Assembly: GCF_001194135.2 (NCBI RefSeq)
Contig: NC_068983.1
Coordinates: 131,864,423 to 131,904,268 of the forward strand
Direction of reading: 5' to 3'
DNA: 39,846 bases
DNA from: Octopus bimaculoides
Lineage: Eukaryota
Of this stretch, positions 10,015-21,689 are shown piece by piece (the first letter of the stretch is position 1; the number at the start of each line of letters is the position of its first letter). A program made the position numbers and the translations under genes. The notes under the pieces are model-generated. The model was not told where the DNA came from. It ran no database searches and saw nothing but the letters and a program-made list of their open reading frames with translations.

Positions 10015-12109
10015 ATATATATTGAATTAGTGACATTTTAAAACTCAAATCGAACATTAATTATAGTCATAGTTACAATATACATACATTTGTGTGATCT
10101 GGTTTGAAAAACATCTTCAAAATTTAAGCATTTAAAACCCATACGGTGGAACTTTTGCCAGTAAACATCTGAGACAGAAAAAGTCTAAATGTTTGAAAAA
10201 TGGTGCAGCTACATTAATTTATTAGTAGATTTAGAAGTAATTCCCTAAAATTCTATGGAAACATCAACCATTCAACTTGAGTCTTTTGAGATCTGTCAGA
10301 AAGAAACTCATTGTGCCTGGAAAGAGAATTCGAGGATAACCCAAGGTTAAACAGTGGAATGACCTTAATAACAATCTTAGCAATCTAATGCAGAAAATAC
10401 TTTTAAAAGCTATGATACAACGTATATATCTTACCAAAGATACGAACAAGATTACCCAACTTGGGAGCCAATACATGACCTCTTGACCGACCACAAATAT
10501 GAGACAAATAACCCTCCAATATCAAGTATATACTGAAGTATATAGTAATTGTAGATAAACAATCTTTCCCGATGGTAATCGCTGGAACATCTTTGTGCAC
10601 AAGTTTCCTCGGTGAGTATTAAATTCACTTAGAACCAATGCAAACAATATCAACAGCAAATTTCACTCCGTCGAAATGAATACGTATAAAACTAGTGGTT
10701 TTATTTCACTTTTACCTATATCATATATAGATCTGAATACATATATCGTAAACTCTATTGCAGAGATCACTATCAACAAACGTGACTCCCAGAGTTTTTT
10801 TTTACCCATATTATTATTATTTTTTTAATTAACGAGAGATATTTATTTTTCCTTTGGCTGCTAGAAAGTGTTTAATTTTATTTACTGTCTACAAATTGAA
10901 AATGAGAGATGGTTAGTCTGAAAGTGAATCAAATTGTGTCTCATTTGACATATACCATAAGTGTCTGTTCAGCTTAAAAGTAGTATTTATATATAATGAA
11001 AGAAAAGAAATTGAATTAATCTGAATATTGTGAACACTAAGTCGACAATTGTTAAAATCTCCTATTGTCAAATTAAAGAGATTACACACTTAAAATAGTT
11101 ATAAAGATTTCTTGCGGAATAGAAGTTCCACTATAATAAAATTGAATAATTTTCTTTAAATGAAACAATACTTCTTGCACTACACGTCAATTACATTTTA
11201 ACGTGGTAAAGATACATTTATATACATGTGTACAACTAAATTTCGTATCTACATTTAATTATTAAACAAAGCATGGTACAATATGTATGACAGAACGACA
11301 TCCCAATATCTGTGAACCATCCGCCCTAAACTTTCAAAACGCAATGAATTTATTTGTTCGTAATGATAGGATAAGTGTCATTTCCTGCTAAATTGCTAAA
11401 TTTACTTTAATTATCGTATTAGAGATATACATGGCGGTTTCGAATATAAAAGTAAGTTTTCCTCTTCTGTTCAAAATCACAGATTCATTTTCAGTCAACA
11501 AGGTGCTTGTAACACAATGCATTCTATTCCAGCGCATATAAGCGGAAAGATGCGTATGAAAAAGACTCGTGAACTGTCAGTCAGAAACATCGATTTAAGG
11601 TTATATATTTCTTCTATGAACGAGACAATACTCCTCAGTGAAATATATATTTGCAGAAAGCAAAATTCATACACAGTATTTGTGTCACAAAATCACAATT
11701 TTGCTTTACTTTAAAATTCAGCTCTCGTCTGTCCATCACTATTTAAATTTACTTTTTCTCTCTTTATGTACACGCTTAATTACATGCAGAAATACATATG
11801 TACATACACAATTATAATCATATCATGTATTATTTCATTGTTGAGATCTGAATAAGGATAAAATATTTACCGTTGCCGTAACGATTTTAGCAATAAACAA
11901 GATTTTATCATTTATCATACACTGTTTATTGCTATTTTATTGTGTTGTAAATGAAGACTTAACAAACTGCTGTAAGCCTGATATTATCATTACATAGATT
12001 TATGTCATTTTGAAATCTGAACATATTAGATTTATGTCAGTTTCAAAAATAATGAGTTAAAATATTAAACTACTGCTATTAAACCCTGCTTGCATTTAGC
12101 AAATATTTA

Positions 12110-12360
12110 ATGGCTCATGGTTTATTCTTCATTTTTCTAGCTCCGCCTTTCTTCAATTTGTTTCTACTCGTTCTGGTTCGCAGTCTGCTTAATCCGTTTT
12201 ACTTGTTTAGAGGCAGTGATTTCAGGTTATTCATCTAATTCAGGGTTAATGCCAAGTTCCGTTGCGAATTTATAACCTTCTTTGACAATAGAAAGTGATT
12301 TTTAGTTAAGTATAGGCTCATTTGTCTTGAAGCCACGCAGTTTGGTGTATACTATTTTGT
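12110..12360 (-). mobile_element. Possible decayed R4/Dong post-RT fragment
   Basis: Minus strand reads ...LSIVKEGYKFATELGINPELDE*PEITASKQVKRIKQTA..., similar to the SI.KEA.K...EL spacer between RT and CCHC. Heavily decayed. Confidence 0.3.
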
Positions 12361-13124
12361 TCTTCTAAGGAAAAAGAAAAAAGGAAAAATGAACACGAAC
12401 ACAGCATGGGTTTTGAAAATCAAAATAATTCTAATTTTATGGACTAAGAGAATAGAAACACTTCCGTTATCTTAGATCTAAGCTTTCATTTAAGTAAGAA
12501 TAATTTTTATTTGCAGCCTTTTAATATGGGTAAAACGCATGTTAATTATCTTCTAAAGGTAACTTAGTGCATGGCTTCTTTCATGCGTAATATTCTAGTC
12601 AGAAGATACATGATGATGTTATAACACTGAACCTAGCGGCCAGAGAGAATGGTCCTGTATTCTAAAATAAAAAAAATCTCCAATAAATTGAGTGGATTAC
12701 TAATTGAGTTTGGATACATAGTGAGTCTGTATCCAAAAGCAGTGAGTGTGTATCTTAACGAGAAAGGAAGGCATACAGTCTGAGATCAAATTCTGTGTTT
12801 TAAAACTTGAGATTTATTTCTCTCCATTTTAAAGAGAAATTCTAATATCTACTCTTTGTTAGATCGTCGAAGATAAATATCTAAATATTATTAGAAATTT
12901 GGTTGTAACAGTCCCCAACTTGGTTAACTTTGTACACGCTTTGTCCACTACTTTTTTATTTGTCAGACTCTCATATATTTATACTTTATAATTTTACGTC
13001 TGCCACAGTAATTCTGATAGAAATGGTATTGTTTGTGGGTGCGTCCACGCGCGCGTAGTGTGTGTGCTTAAGTATAATAGCAGATTTGGTAAGCTACAGT
13101 TCGGTGTGGGGACACTTCAGGGTG

Positions 13125-13945
13125 TGTATTGGAATATACCAGAACATTATTGCTTTGTCATTTTCAGAGACTTTTTCTGAGGTGTGCCTGTAACATCTTT
13201 TTTCTATTGTCATTCCATAGTGCTGGCATAGCTTCCAGTGTATATGGGTCCCAAGTCTTTCATGTCTTTGGGTATATTTCTTCTTAGCCAAGATTCGGCA
13301 ATCACAGACAATATGGTTTATTGTTTCTTCATCTCCAGATATTCTGCAGTTACTTGTGTCTTCTTCATCATGCGTTTTATATGATCTCTGGTTGGGAGGT
13401 TTTGATCTTGTACTGCAATTAAAAATCCTTCTGTTTCTGTTTTCAGTCCTGAGTTTCTCAGCCATTGTTACGATTTTACTTTGTCTATTTCTTTCCTGTT
13501 TAGCTTATCCCAATTTTTACCATGGCTCTGCTAGTATCTCGTTCAATTTCTTGACCAGCGTCTTATGTATTCCTGCTAGATATTTTAGTCAGGAATTAGG
13601 GATATTGTGCCTGGGTGCCTTCCAGTTGCTCAGCTTTTGCAGTGCCTGGGTGACCTCTTCCGATGTTATAGGTTTCCAGAGTTTTTCAGGAGCTGTGTTT
13701 CTTGTTTAATAGATCTTTTCTGGGGTTGTTACTTCGCCGAACATAATTCTTTCCAAAATTCTTCCACGTCTGCTTTTGGTGGTGTATTGATCTCTATTTT
13801 ATTTTTCCAAAGTTCTAGGGGGAATATTTTGGGGTTGGAGTTTGTTTTCTTCAAAGAATCATTGACGTTTCTCATACCGATGGATTCTTTGTGCCTCGGT
13901 GAGGATATATAGCTTTAACTGCGATTTTACCTCAGATATACCGTG
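13125..13945 (-). mobile_element. Internally deleted R4/Dong element: pre-RT region fused to the CCHC region, RT absent, 3' truncated
   Basis: Minus strand gives ...VEEFWK...EEVTQALQKLSNWKAP...KLNEILAEP, joined at about 13521-13525 to ...NCRI..DEETINHIV..C..LAKK.Y..RH...HWKLCQHYG...PIHT (ORF track 13094-13465). Confidence 0.75.
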
Positions 13946-13960
13946 TTCAGTAATTTTGTA

Positions 13961-13993
<33 letters not shown>
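13961..13993. repeat. (TTA)n tract forming the 3' flank of the Dong copy at 13994-16805
   Basis: Followed by (t)tcagtag, the Dong terminus in reverse, as at 39523-39545. Confidence 0.8.
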
Positions 13994-13996
<3 letters not shown>

Positions 13997-13997
13997 T

Positions 13998-14286
13998 AGG
14001 GCATATGGCATAGTGGTTAAGAGCGCGGGCTACTAACCCCAAGATTCCGAGTTCGATTCACGGCAGCGACCTGATTAATAATAGTAATACTAATAATAAT
14101 ATAATAATAGTAACGTCGTTAGGAATGAGAACCCAGGTTCAAAATTTCCCCAAGACACCTGACGAAGGCTGGGGGGTATATCAGCCGAAACGTAGAGTTA
14201 ACAACAAACAAGATGAGGACAAATATCCGTCAAATGTAAATAATATAAATAATGTAAATAATTCCTCATCTCTTAAATATAGAACA
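13998..14286 (+). mobile_element. Full-length composite SINE: tRNA-like head, (TAA)n spacer, hammerhead, terminal hairpin
   Basis: Head 13998-14071 has A box TGGCATAGTGG (14006-14016) and B box GTTCGATTC (14051-14059). TAA-rich spacer 14076-14113. HHR 14154-14199. Inverted repeat agatgagga(14211-14219)/tcctcatct(14263-14271). Confidence 0.8.
14154..14199 (+). ncRNA. Minimal type-I hammerhead ribozyme motif (copy 2)
   Basis: gacac-CTGACGA(14159-14165)-a-ggctg...cagcc-GAAA(14187-14190)-c-GTA-gagtt. Helix I has one A-A mismatch. Cleavage triplet GUA. Confidence 0.72.
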
Positions 14287-14630
14287 GTTTAATTATTATC
14301 ACGTCCTTTGACTGCACAACCGAGCGCAGTTCTGTCTGCCTTGCTTATGTGCTGTGGTTTGTTGTGATGATCTTAATTTTACTGTATTGAAAGTGCTTTA
14401 CGTAGGATGTGTGCGGTGCCTATTAGTATTGTTTTCTGTATGATATATATACATGTAAGTCCTGGTGACTTTTGTTATGTATTTGTCTGAATATTTTTTT
14501 ATCATAACTAATCCGCGTACTATGATAGGAATGGTTTTTTTTTTTTTAGACTCAGCGTTCGAGTTACATCTAATTCCAAATCTTTGTATTGCGAAAGTTT
14601 CTCCGTTTCTTTCAGAGAAACATTATTATC

Positions 14631-15577
14631 GCCCTTATAAATGAAACTTCTCCAATACTAAATAGGAAATATACATAGTAGATATCTTACCCCCATACCC
14701 ACAGTTTACATAGGTAGACAAAAATAGTTAGTGGTCTGTTATGTAGATAGATGTACGTATGTGTGTATGTGTGTGTGTGTGTGTGAGTGCGTGTGTGTGT
14801 GTGTGTGTGTGTCTGTATGTGTGTGTCTGTGTGTGCGTGTGGGTATATGCATATATGAGTATATGTACAAGAATGTAAGCGTATGGATATGAAAATAAAC
14901 AGATAAACATACAGATGGAGAGGAACATAGGTTATATGAACAGACCAGCACATATAATCAAATGGAGACAGAAACACGTGTCCATATATACACACATACT
15001 TTACTTCACTCAAGGACACATATGGAGACACGTGTCCAAGCGTATGGAGATGCACATCCATACATACAAACACGGCACATAGTTGCAAACACGCACACTC
15101 ACTCAGACATGCACACAAGTGGACAGATGTGTATGCATATACAAACACATGCACACACACTCATACATAAAAACACAAACACAGACACGCAAACACTTGA
15201 ATATGCAGAATACATGCATACAGATGCACATGCATACGTACATATATACATATACATACACACGCATATATACATACACACATGCATGCATACATACATA
15301 CGTGCATGCATAGGACACACACACACTGACCCACACACATGCGCACAAAACAAGCGAAAAGGAACGCAGTGTAAATAACGGACAGACTCAAGACTATTGA
15401 AAAAGTTGCAAGACGCAACGAAAATTTTAGAAAAATAAAAATAAGAAATAAGTGGAAATTTTAGCGGTGAGAAGTTAAATTATAAAGCACAAAAAGAAAA
15501 TGACACTCCCAGACACAACAGAATATGCTTCAACGCATTAACTCCCATAAAGAATGTTGCAAGCCAAATCCATGATC
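14631..15577. repeat. ~950-bp TG-rich/CA-rich insert bounded by an imperfect 12-14-bp direct repeat
   Basis: gaaacattattatc (14617-14630) and gaaattatcatc (15578-15589) flank it. The Dong reading frame is continuous across it. Confidence 0.6.
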
Positions 15578-16822
15578 GAAATTATCATCTGTTGGTATTA
15601 GTGTATCAATTAGAAAGCATTTTTTTCTTAATAATCTCTGATAACTATATCCGGCCTATTGGCCTTAATATTTCATCTGTGTATATTGGCATATCCCAGA
15701 GTATGGTTGCTTTCTCATTTTCTGTGACCTTTCTGGCATGTGCCTATACCATCATTTTTCTCTTGTTATTCCATAGTGTTGGCATAGCTTCCAGTGTATA
15801 TAGATCCCAACACTGTCGTGTCTGTGAATATATTCCTTCTTATCCAGGACTAGGCAGCCAGACACAATATGACTCATTGTTTCTTCTCCATCTCCACATA
15901 TTCTGCAGTTACTTGTATTTCTTTTCTTTGCATATTTTTGGTAATTTCTGGTGGGAAGGCTTTGATCTTGTGCTGCAATTAAAAGTCCTTCAGTCCGTGC
16001 TCCGAGCCCTAAGCTTCTCAGCCATTGTTGGGATTTTGCTTTGTCTATTTCTTTTCTGCTTAGTTTAACCCAGTGATTGCCATAATGGGGCTTTTCTTGT
16101 GTTCCTGTTCCAGTTTTAGTTTGGATTTCAGTTGTTTTACATCTGTCGTTGTTTCCCCTTCTTCTTCATAGATGTTAGCTACTATGAGTTGTTTGTATTT
16201 GTCAGCTTCCTAAAAAACTGAAAACTGTTTTGTTTGTGTATTACTTTTCCTTGCTTCTGAAGTAAATATTCCTGTAGCCCTATGGTAGTTATCTTGTTAT
16301 AGTGTTCTTGCTGTATAAGGCGTCTACCACTTTTCATACGTTGTATATATTGCCGATTTTGGTTGGTGCATCCTAAATCCTGTCATTATTTTTCTTGTTT
16401 TCATCTCTATTTTGATTAGTTCATTTAGAGTCCAATTGAAATATTGTAGCTATAACTTATAACTGGGATGGCTTGAGTGATGATAACTATTATCTTGTTT
16501 TTTCGTATTGAGCTCTATTTTCAGTATTAATCTGACTCATCTATAATGTTCTTTTATTATCTTCTCTTTCGTTTGTGTGTGTTGTATCATATCTAGTTCA
16601 TTGATTGCTACGTATTTGTATGTCTGTTTGTGGTCTAATTCTCTTATTTCATTTGATTTATCTAATGTGATGTTGCTACTCTTAAGTAGTGTTCCTGTTT
16701 TTAAGGTTGCTTTGGCAGATTTTTCGGAGTCAGATTTCTTGTTTAATTCTTTGGTATATCCATATAGTGCCTGTAGTAATGTTTCCAGCTGTTTATCATT
16801 AATAATTATAAATATATTTATG

Positions 16823-16825
<3 letters not shown>

Positions 16826-16890
<65 letters not shown>

Positions 16891-17137
16891 NNNNNNNNNN
16901 NNNNNNNNNNNNNNNNNNNNNNNNNNNNNNNNNNNNNNNNNNNNNNNNNNNNNNNNNNNNNNNNNNNNNNNNNNNNNNNNNNNNNNNNNNNNNNNNNNNN
17001 NNNNNNNNNNNNNNNNNNNNNNNNNNNNNNNNNNNNNNNNNNNNNNNNNNNNNNNNNNNNNNNNNNNNNNNNNNNNNNNNNNNNNNNNNNNNNNNNNNNN
17101 NNNNNNNNNNNNNNNNNNNNNNNNNNNNNNNNNNNNN

Positions 17138-17196
<59 letters not shown>

Positions 17197-17197
17197 G
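16826..17197. other. (CA)n, gap (N 16891-17137), (TG)n
   Basis: Direct reading. Confidence 0.95.
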
Positions 17198-17789
17198 GAT
17201 AGAGTTTCCGACAGCTAGACCGGAGATTTTCTTATGTCCAATGAATTAACATATGAAGTCGTTGTCTGAAAATTCCTGTACTAAACTGAACTAAGAAATG
17301 TATGCACTTGTTGAGAATGTCAAGCATTAAAAACTAAAATTAAAGTTAACGTTCTGTTTATTCTGTTTATTATTCCTGTAAGCTGCATCTTGACAGCTTA
17401 AGCGGCAACAATGATAAGTGATGAAAAACAACTGTCACAACTTAACGTCAATGGTAAGTGTCAGTGATAGTTGTTGAACAAGAACAACTGCTATGGCAAC
17501 AGCAGAAACAATTTCAATTACCAGATTGGTGTAAAAATACAAGTATAATAACAAAAGCAATAAATACATCATTCATAATTAATGAGCAATAAGCAGAACT
17601 ACGTCAACACCTGCAGCAGTAACAAAAGTTCCCAATCCTCATTCACCGCACATTGACTTCTTCCCATATACTGGCTTTCCATCGTTTATTGTACCATTCT
17701 ACCTGTAAATCTATTAGTACTAACATGAACACTATCACATCTGCCACTATAATTGCCACCACCGCCAATACCCCCTCCACCGCCACCAT

Positions 17790-17792
<3 letters not shown>

Positions 17793-17838
<46 letters not shown>
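17793..17838. repeat. (CTA)n trinucleotide microsatellite
   Basis: Direct reading. Source of the poly-T and poly-L ORFs. Confidence 0.95.
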
Positions 17839-17839
<1 letters not shown>

Positions 17840-18974
17840 AGGCTTTGTAATAGATTTTATTTTCCTGTCACTGCTTTTATATTCCTTCTGTCGAGTGTAA
17901 AACATCCCCATTCCACCTGTTTTCACAATAGGCGTACAACGCTGCTCGGCTTTTTGCCACTCTCTGTCTCTTGGCTCATTTACCGACCGTTTCACTATTC
18001 TAGGCATGTGGGCATTTCCTTAACCTTTTATACATTACCACTCTCTGCAATTCACTATGACGCCAAAAAAAAAAAAAAATGATAATGAAAATAGTAAAAG
18101 ATTCAAATCCTCTGATCAGCTCTCATTCTTTTGAATGATCCACTGACATTTTTTTCAAATTTCACATGCAATTATCTTTTTTCTCTGTGATGCAAATCCC
18201 TCAATGCGTCTTGAATCCTCTCTATGATATTTCTATCCCCATTTTACTGACATTTGATTCTCTTGTGCAGCTCTTTTCGTAACAATATCACTCACAACTC
18301 CAGCCCACTGGTTTTCTGCTTTTAGTCACCCTTGTTGCATCTAACCCTTTCAAACCCCACATTCAACTGTACACTCAGTCTTTTCTTTCAAGATGTCACT
18401 TGTTGGGAATCTTATCCTTGCTTTTGTCTTTACTGTTCATATCTTCTCCTTGCTAATATCTTTGGAGCTTCCTAGTCTCGGAGAATATTAGAACGTATGG
18501 TTTCTTTCTATTCCTCCATATTGTTCAGTATTTAAAAAAGAAATTATTAAATGAACCACATGGCAGATATGGCGTCATGCTACTACGTAGATCATTGATC
18601 TACGAATCACCTTTTCTGCACCAGTATGAAGCGTTAAAGTACAATTGCGATTTCCAATATTATCTAGGAAGTTTACCTCAGAACATTGCCCATCGAGGTC
18701 CCTGAAGTTGTGAATTGTCAGTCGTCTTTGTACTCAACATCGCCAAGTCATTTCATAACAGCTATGTGACAATAGTTGCCTTGAACTAATCTAGTGGCTC
18801 TTATGATATGAGGATTACTAATGCCCGTGATATACCTAGTTACTAGGACCTTCTGGGTTGGGTTTTAGAATGTTTAAATATGATGGTCACACCACTCATA
18901 CAACCACATTCATACTTACATGTATGCATTTGTTTATGAGATACCTAGCTACTTGCATTGTTTTTAACTATACA

Positions 18975-19180
18975 CTGCGTAGTATTAGTAGCACGCCGGA
19001 AAACATTCTTTGTTGCATTTTCTTCACCGTACGTTCTGAGATAAACTGCTGCCGTGGTCGACCTTCCCCGTTTATCTCAACAGTACGATAAAATATGTAA
19101 CAAATAAGCATTGGGGCCGACATAATTGTCCCATCGTTAAAAATTTCATGCCTTGTGCTTACAGCAGATACGAATAAATA
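18975..19180 (+). mobile_element. Old, diverged copy of the 697-914 SINE family
   Basis: tagcacgccgg...tacgttctgag...ccgtggtcgacctt...cattggggccgac...atgccttgtgc is colinear with 697-914. Confidence 0.6.
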
Positions 19181-20438
19181 TTTGGGGACATTTTACTGAA
19201 GAATGAACTATATTGGCTTGTCCCTATTAAGGAATGCTCCTGGGAAAAATGCATGTCTTGTGTTATGTTTAAGTTACGAATTGTTGTATTTATGAAAAAA
19301 AATTTAGGGAGGAAGGAAGTATAGCAAACTTTGTGCAGGAGTGTGTGATTAGATGCTAGAAGCTGTCCACTTTAATAGTCAAACTGCCGATTGTAATATT
19401 TAGACTTAATCTAGGAAAAGACCACGTTTGATAAATCGTCTGTTAACTGACTAAAATTGTACGTGCTAGAATAGAAAAAGCCTACACATTAATTTAAACT
19501 AATAACTGGGTCTTGTTTTGCTTAAATCTATGAATATTCAATAAATGAGGTTCAGTAATCTTTTTATATTAGAATGTCCTTGTGACAGAAACTCTAAGAA
19601 CTTGTTATCATTCTTATTAATACATTGTCTTCTCATACTCAACACTTATAATCAATATTAAATTTTATCCATACATTTGATAATTATCTTTGAAATAAAA
19701 GGACAGTGAATCTTTATGTAAGATTCCATATTTCATTTCGAAAGTGGTAAATGATATATAATGGCTGTTGGACAATAGGAAGCAATTGAATATCTTGAAT
19801 TATTGAATTAGCTGACATCATTTGACAGTCTTCTTGTCTATATTAGTGTCTAATGAAATTTTAACCCAAAGCCTTCATTGAAATTTATTTATGGATTAAT
19901 GAAGCCCTTATATTGTGGGAAGTATAACATACTTAAGATAATCGAGCATTGTGATAATTGTAACTTCAAGAACTTAATCAATATGCTTGCCAATCCTAAA
20001 GGCTAAGTTATGTTAGATTTTGATTTGAAAAGAATTTACATTATATCTATTGATAACAAGATATACATACCAATCAGTAAGTCTTACGGCAATAAATATC
20101 AACATTTTTAAAACGTCATCAATATACAAAACAATTTTATAGGGTATAAAGTGACTTCTATATTACAACATAAGACTTTCGAAAACATATAATAGTTGTT
20201 ATATACGGACTTCCAAGGCTACCTCTCGTATGACGAGTGTCAAAGCATACTTTGCAACCAGATATGCACCTCACAATAATATAGACTATCAAATTTTTCT
20301 TGATGCTTATACAAGGTAATGAAAAAGGCAATATTTTTCAAGAAAAAATTATTTATTACTTAGTAATGATATCTAATAAAATATATTTCTTATATATTTG
20401 GGTTAGATATATATCATCATTTTTCTAAATTTTATCAT

Positions 20439-20600
20439 AGGCGCAGGAGTGGCTGTGTGGTAAGTAGCTTGTTTACCAACCACATGGTTCAGGGTTCATT
20501 CCCACTGAGTGGCACCTTCGGCATACTACTATAGCTTCGGGCCGACCAAAACCTTGGACGGAAACTGAAAAGAAGCCCGTCGTTTTATATGCATATATAA
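20439..20600 (+). mobile_element. tRNA-derived SINE of a further family
   Basis: aggcgcaggagtggctgtgtggtaag (A-box-like) ... gggttcattccc (B-box-like) ... ggcaccttcggca ... gacggaaactgaaaagaagcccgtcg, then a TA-rich tail. Resembles a recalled octopus SINE. Confidence 0.7.
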
Positions 20601-20647
20601 ATGTGAACATTTGCAAACAACACCTCGCAAATCTTCGAGATGCCCCA

Positions 20648-20968
20648 TTATGGTGTCGGATTGTAACTGGGGATGAAAAATGGATCTATTTTCGTAATTC
20701 TAAATTGAGAAATCAGTGGCTTTCTTCCAGCCTGACCTCAGAACCTGTTGTCAAATAAGGGCGGTTTGCGCAGTAGGTCATCCAGTGCATTGGGTGTAAT
20801 TTCGAGAGTGTGTAAGCAATTTGAACTTGTCTGAGATGGTTAAGCTGTGAACACTATTCTGTATGCTCAACAACTGCAAGAATTATATCATGGTTTGAAA
20901 GCCCGCTAAGCTGCATTGCTCAATCAAAGAGGAGCACTGCTACAGCATAACATTTCCACAGTGCACAG
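20648..20968 (+). mobile_element. Decayed mariner transposase catalytic-domain fragment
   Basis: Reads LWCRIVTGDEKWIYFRNSKLRNQW...FELV..G..VNTILYAQQLQ.L...LLNQRGALLQHN, i.e. the IVTGDEKW first-Asp motif through the decayed LQHDNA motif. Confidence 0.85.
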
Positions 20969-21464
20969 TGTTTAATACAATTATTTATCATTCAACCACG
21001 GTTGTGTCTGAACTTATTTTTAAGTCCACCATTTCATCAACCGCAGTTCGCAGTAGCTTTCAAGATTCACCACTAATTCATTTCTCAACTAAATTGCAAA
21101 CTGTTAATAGTTTTGAAGAGGACTCCTGCTCAGCTACACTTTAACATAAATAGTTTGAGATGTAGCTCAGTAGAAAAAAGTTACATCAAAATATCTGCAA
21201 CCCCAAAGGGGGCAGTAAGGCAGATATTCATCTTCAATTAACATAAAGTTTTAAATTTTAAATTAAGAGTATAACTTTCTAAGACTTAAAATGATAAAAA
21301 CATGCATGAGGAATTCAGCATCGATAGTCGCATTGAACAAAAGCTAATAGGAAAAGAGTTATGAGGTAAAATGTTACTAAATTTCCATGTAAGTAAGGAA
21401 GTAAAGAAGTAACGCTTAAGCAATAAAAATAAGAATATATTTCTAAAATGAATGCTTTATTTCT

Positions 21465-21563
21465 AAGGCGGCGAGCTGGCAGAAACGTTAGCGTGTCATG
21501 CTTAACGATATTTCGTCTGTCTTTACGTTTTTGAGTTCAAACTTAGCCGAGGTCGATTTTGAC
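21465..21563 (+). mobile_element. 5' part of a tRNA-derived SINE (697-914 family), 3' truncated
   Basis: aaggcggcgagctggcagaaacgttagc...tttcgtctgtctttacgtt...gagttcaaa...gccgaggtcgattttg. Confidence 0.8.
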
Positions 21564-21689
21564 ATAATGATTATTTAATTAAGATTTTTTAACTAAACAC
21601 TTTCAAACTTCCGATACTTTTAGTATATGTCACATAGAACAGGCTTATTCTTATCATTTTTGATGAAATTTTGTATTCTGGAACGGTAT

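Larger units (their letters stand above)
13994..16805 (-). mobile_element. 5'-truncated R4/Dong element (RT C-terminus, CCHC, RLE, 3' UTR) split by two later insertions
   Basis: 16805-15578 reads NDKQLETLL...ELDHKQTYKY...NCRICGDGEETMSHIVSGC..LDKKEYIHRHD..HWKLCQHYG...LWDMPI...FLID.LIPTDDN. It resumes at 14630-14290 with DNNVSLKETEKLSQYKDLEL and a 3' UTR homologous to 214-313. The terminus lies at 13994-14000. Confidence 0.8.

Noticed and set aside
10410-10500. YPTWEPIHDL, similar to a chromodomain motif
   Set aside because: The upstream aromatic-cage residues are absent and the frame is short.
13998-14071. tRNA gene
   Set aside because: The acceptor stem does not pair well and the sequence runs into a repeat body shared with 331-513; treated as a SINE head.
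18586-18604. Perfect 9-bp inverted repeat (cgtagatca-t-tgatctacg); similar small hairpins at 12709-12737 and near 38455-38475
   Set aside because: Isolated, with no associated element ends or Helitron-type spacing; compatible with chance or old TE debris.
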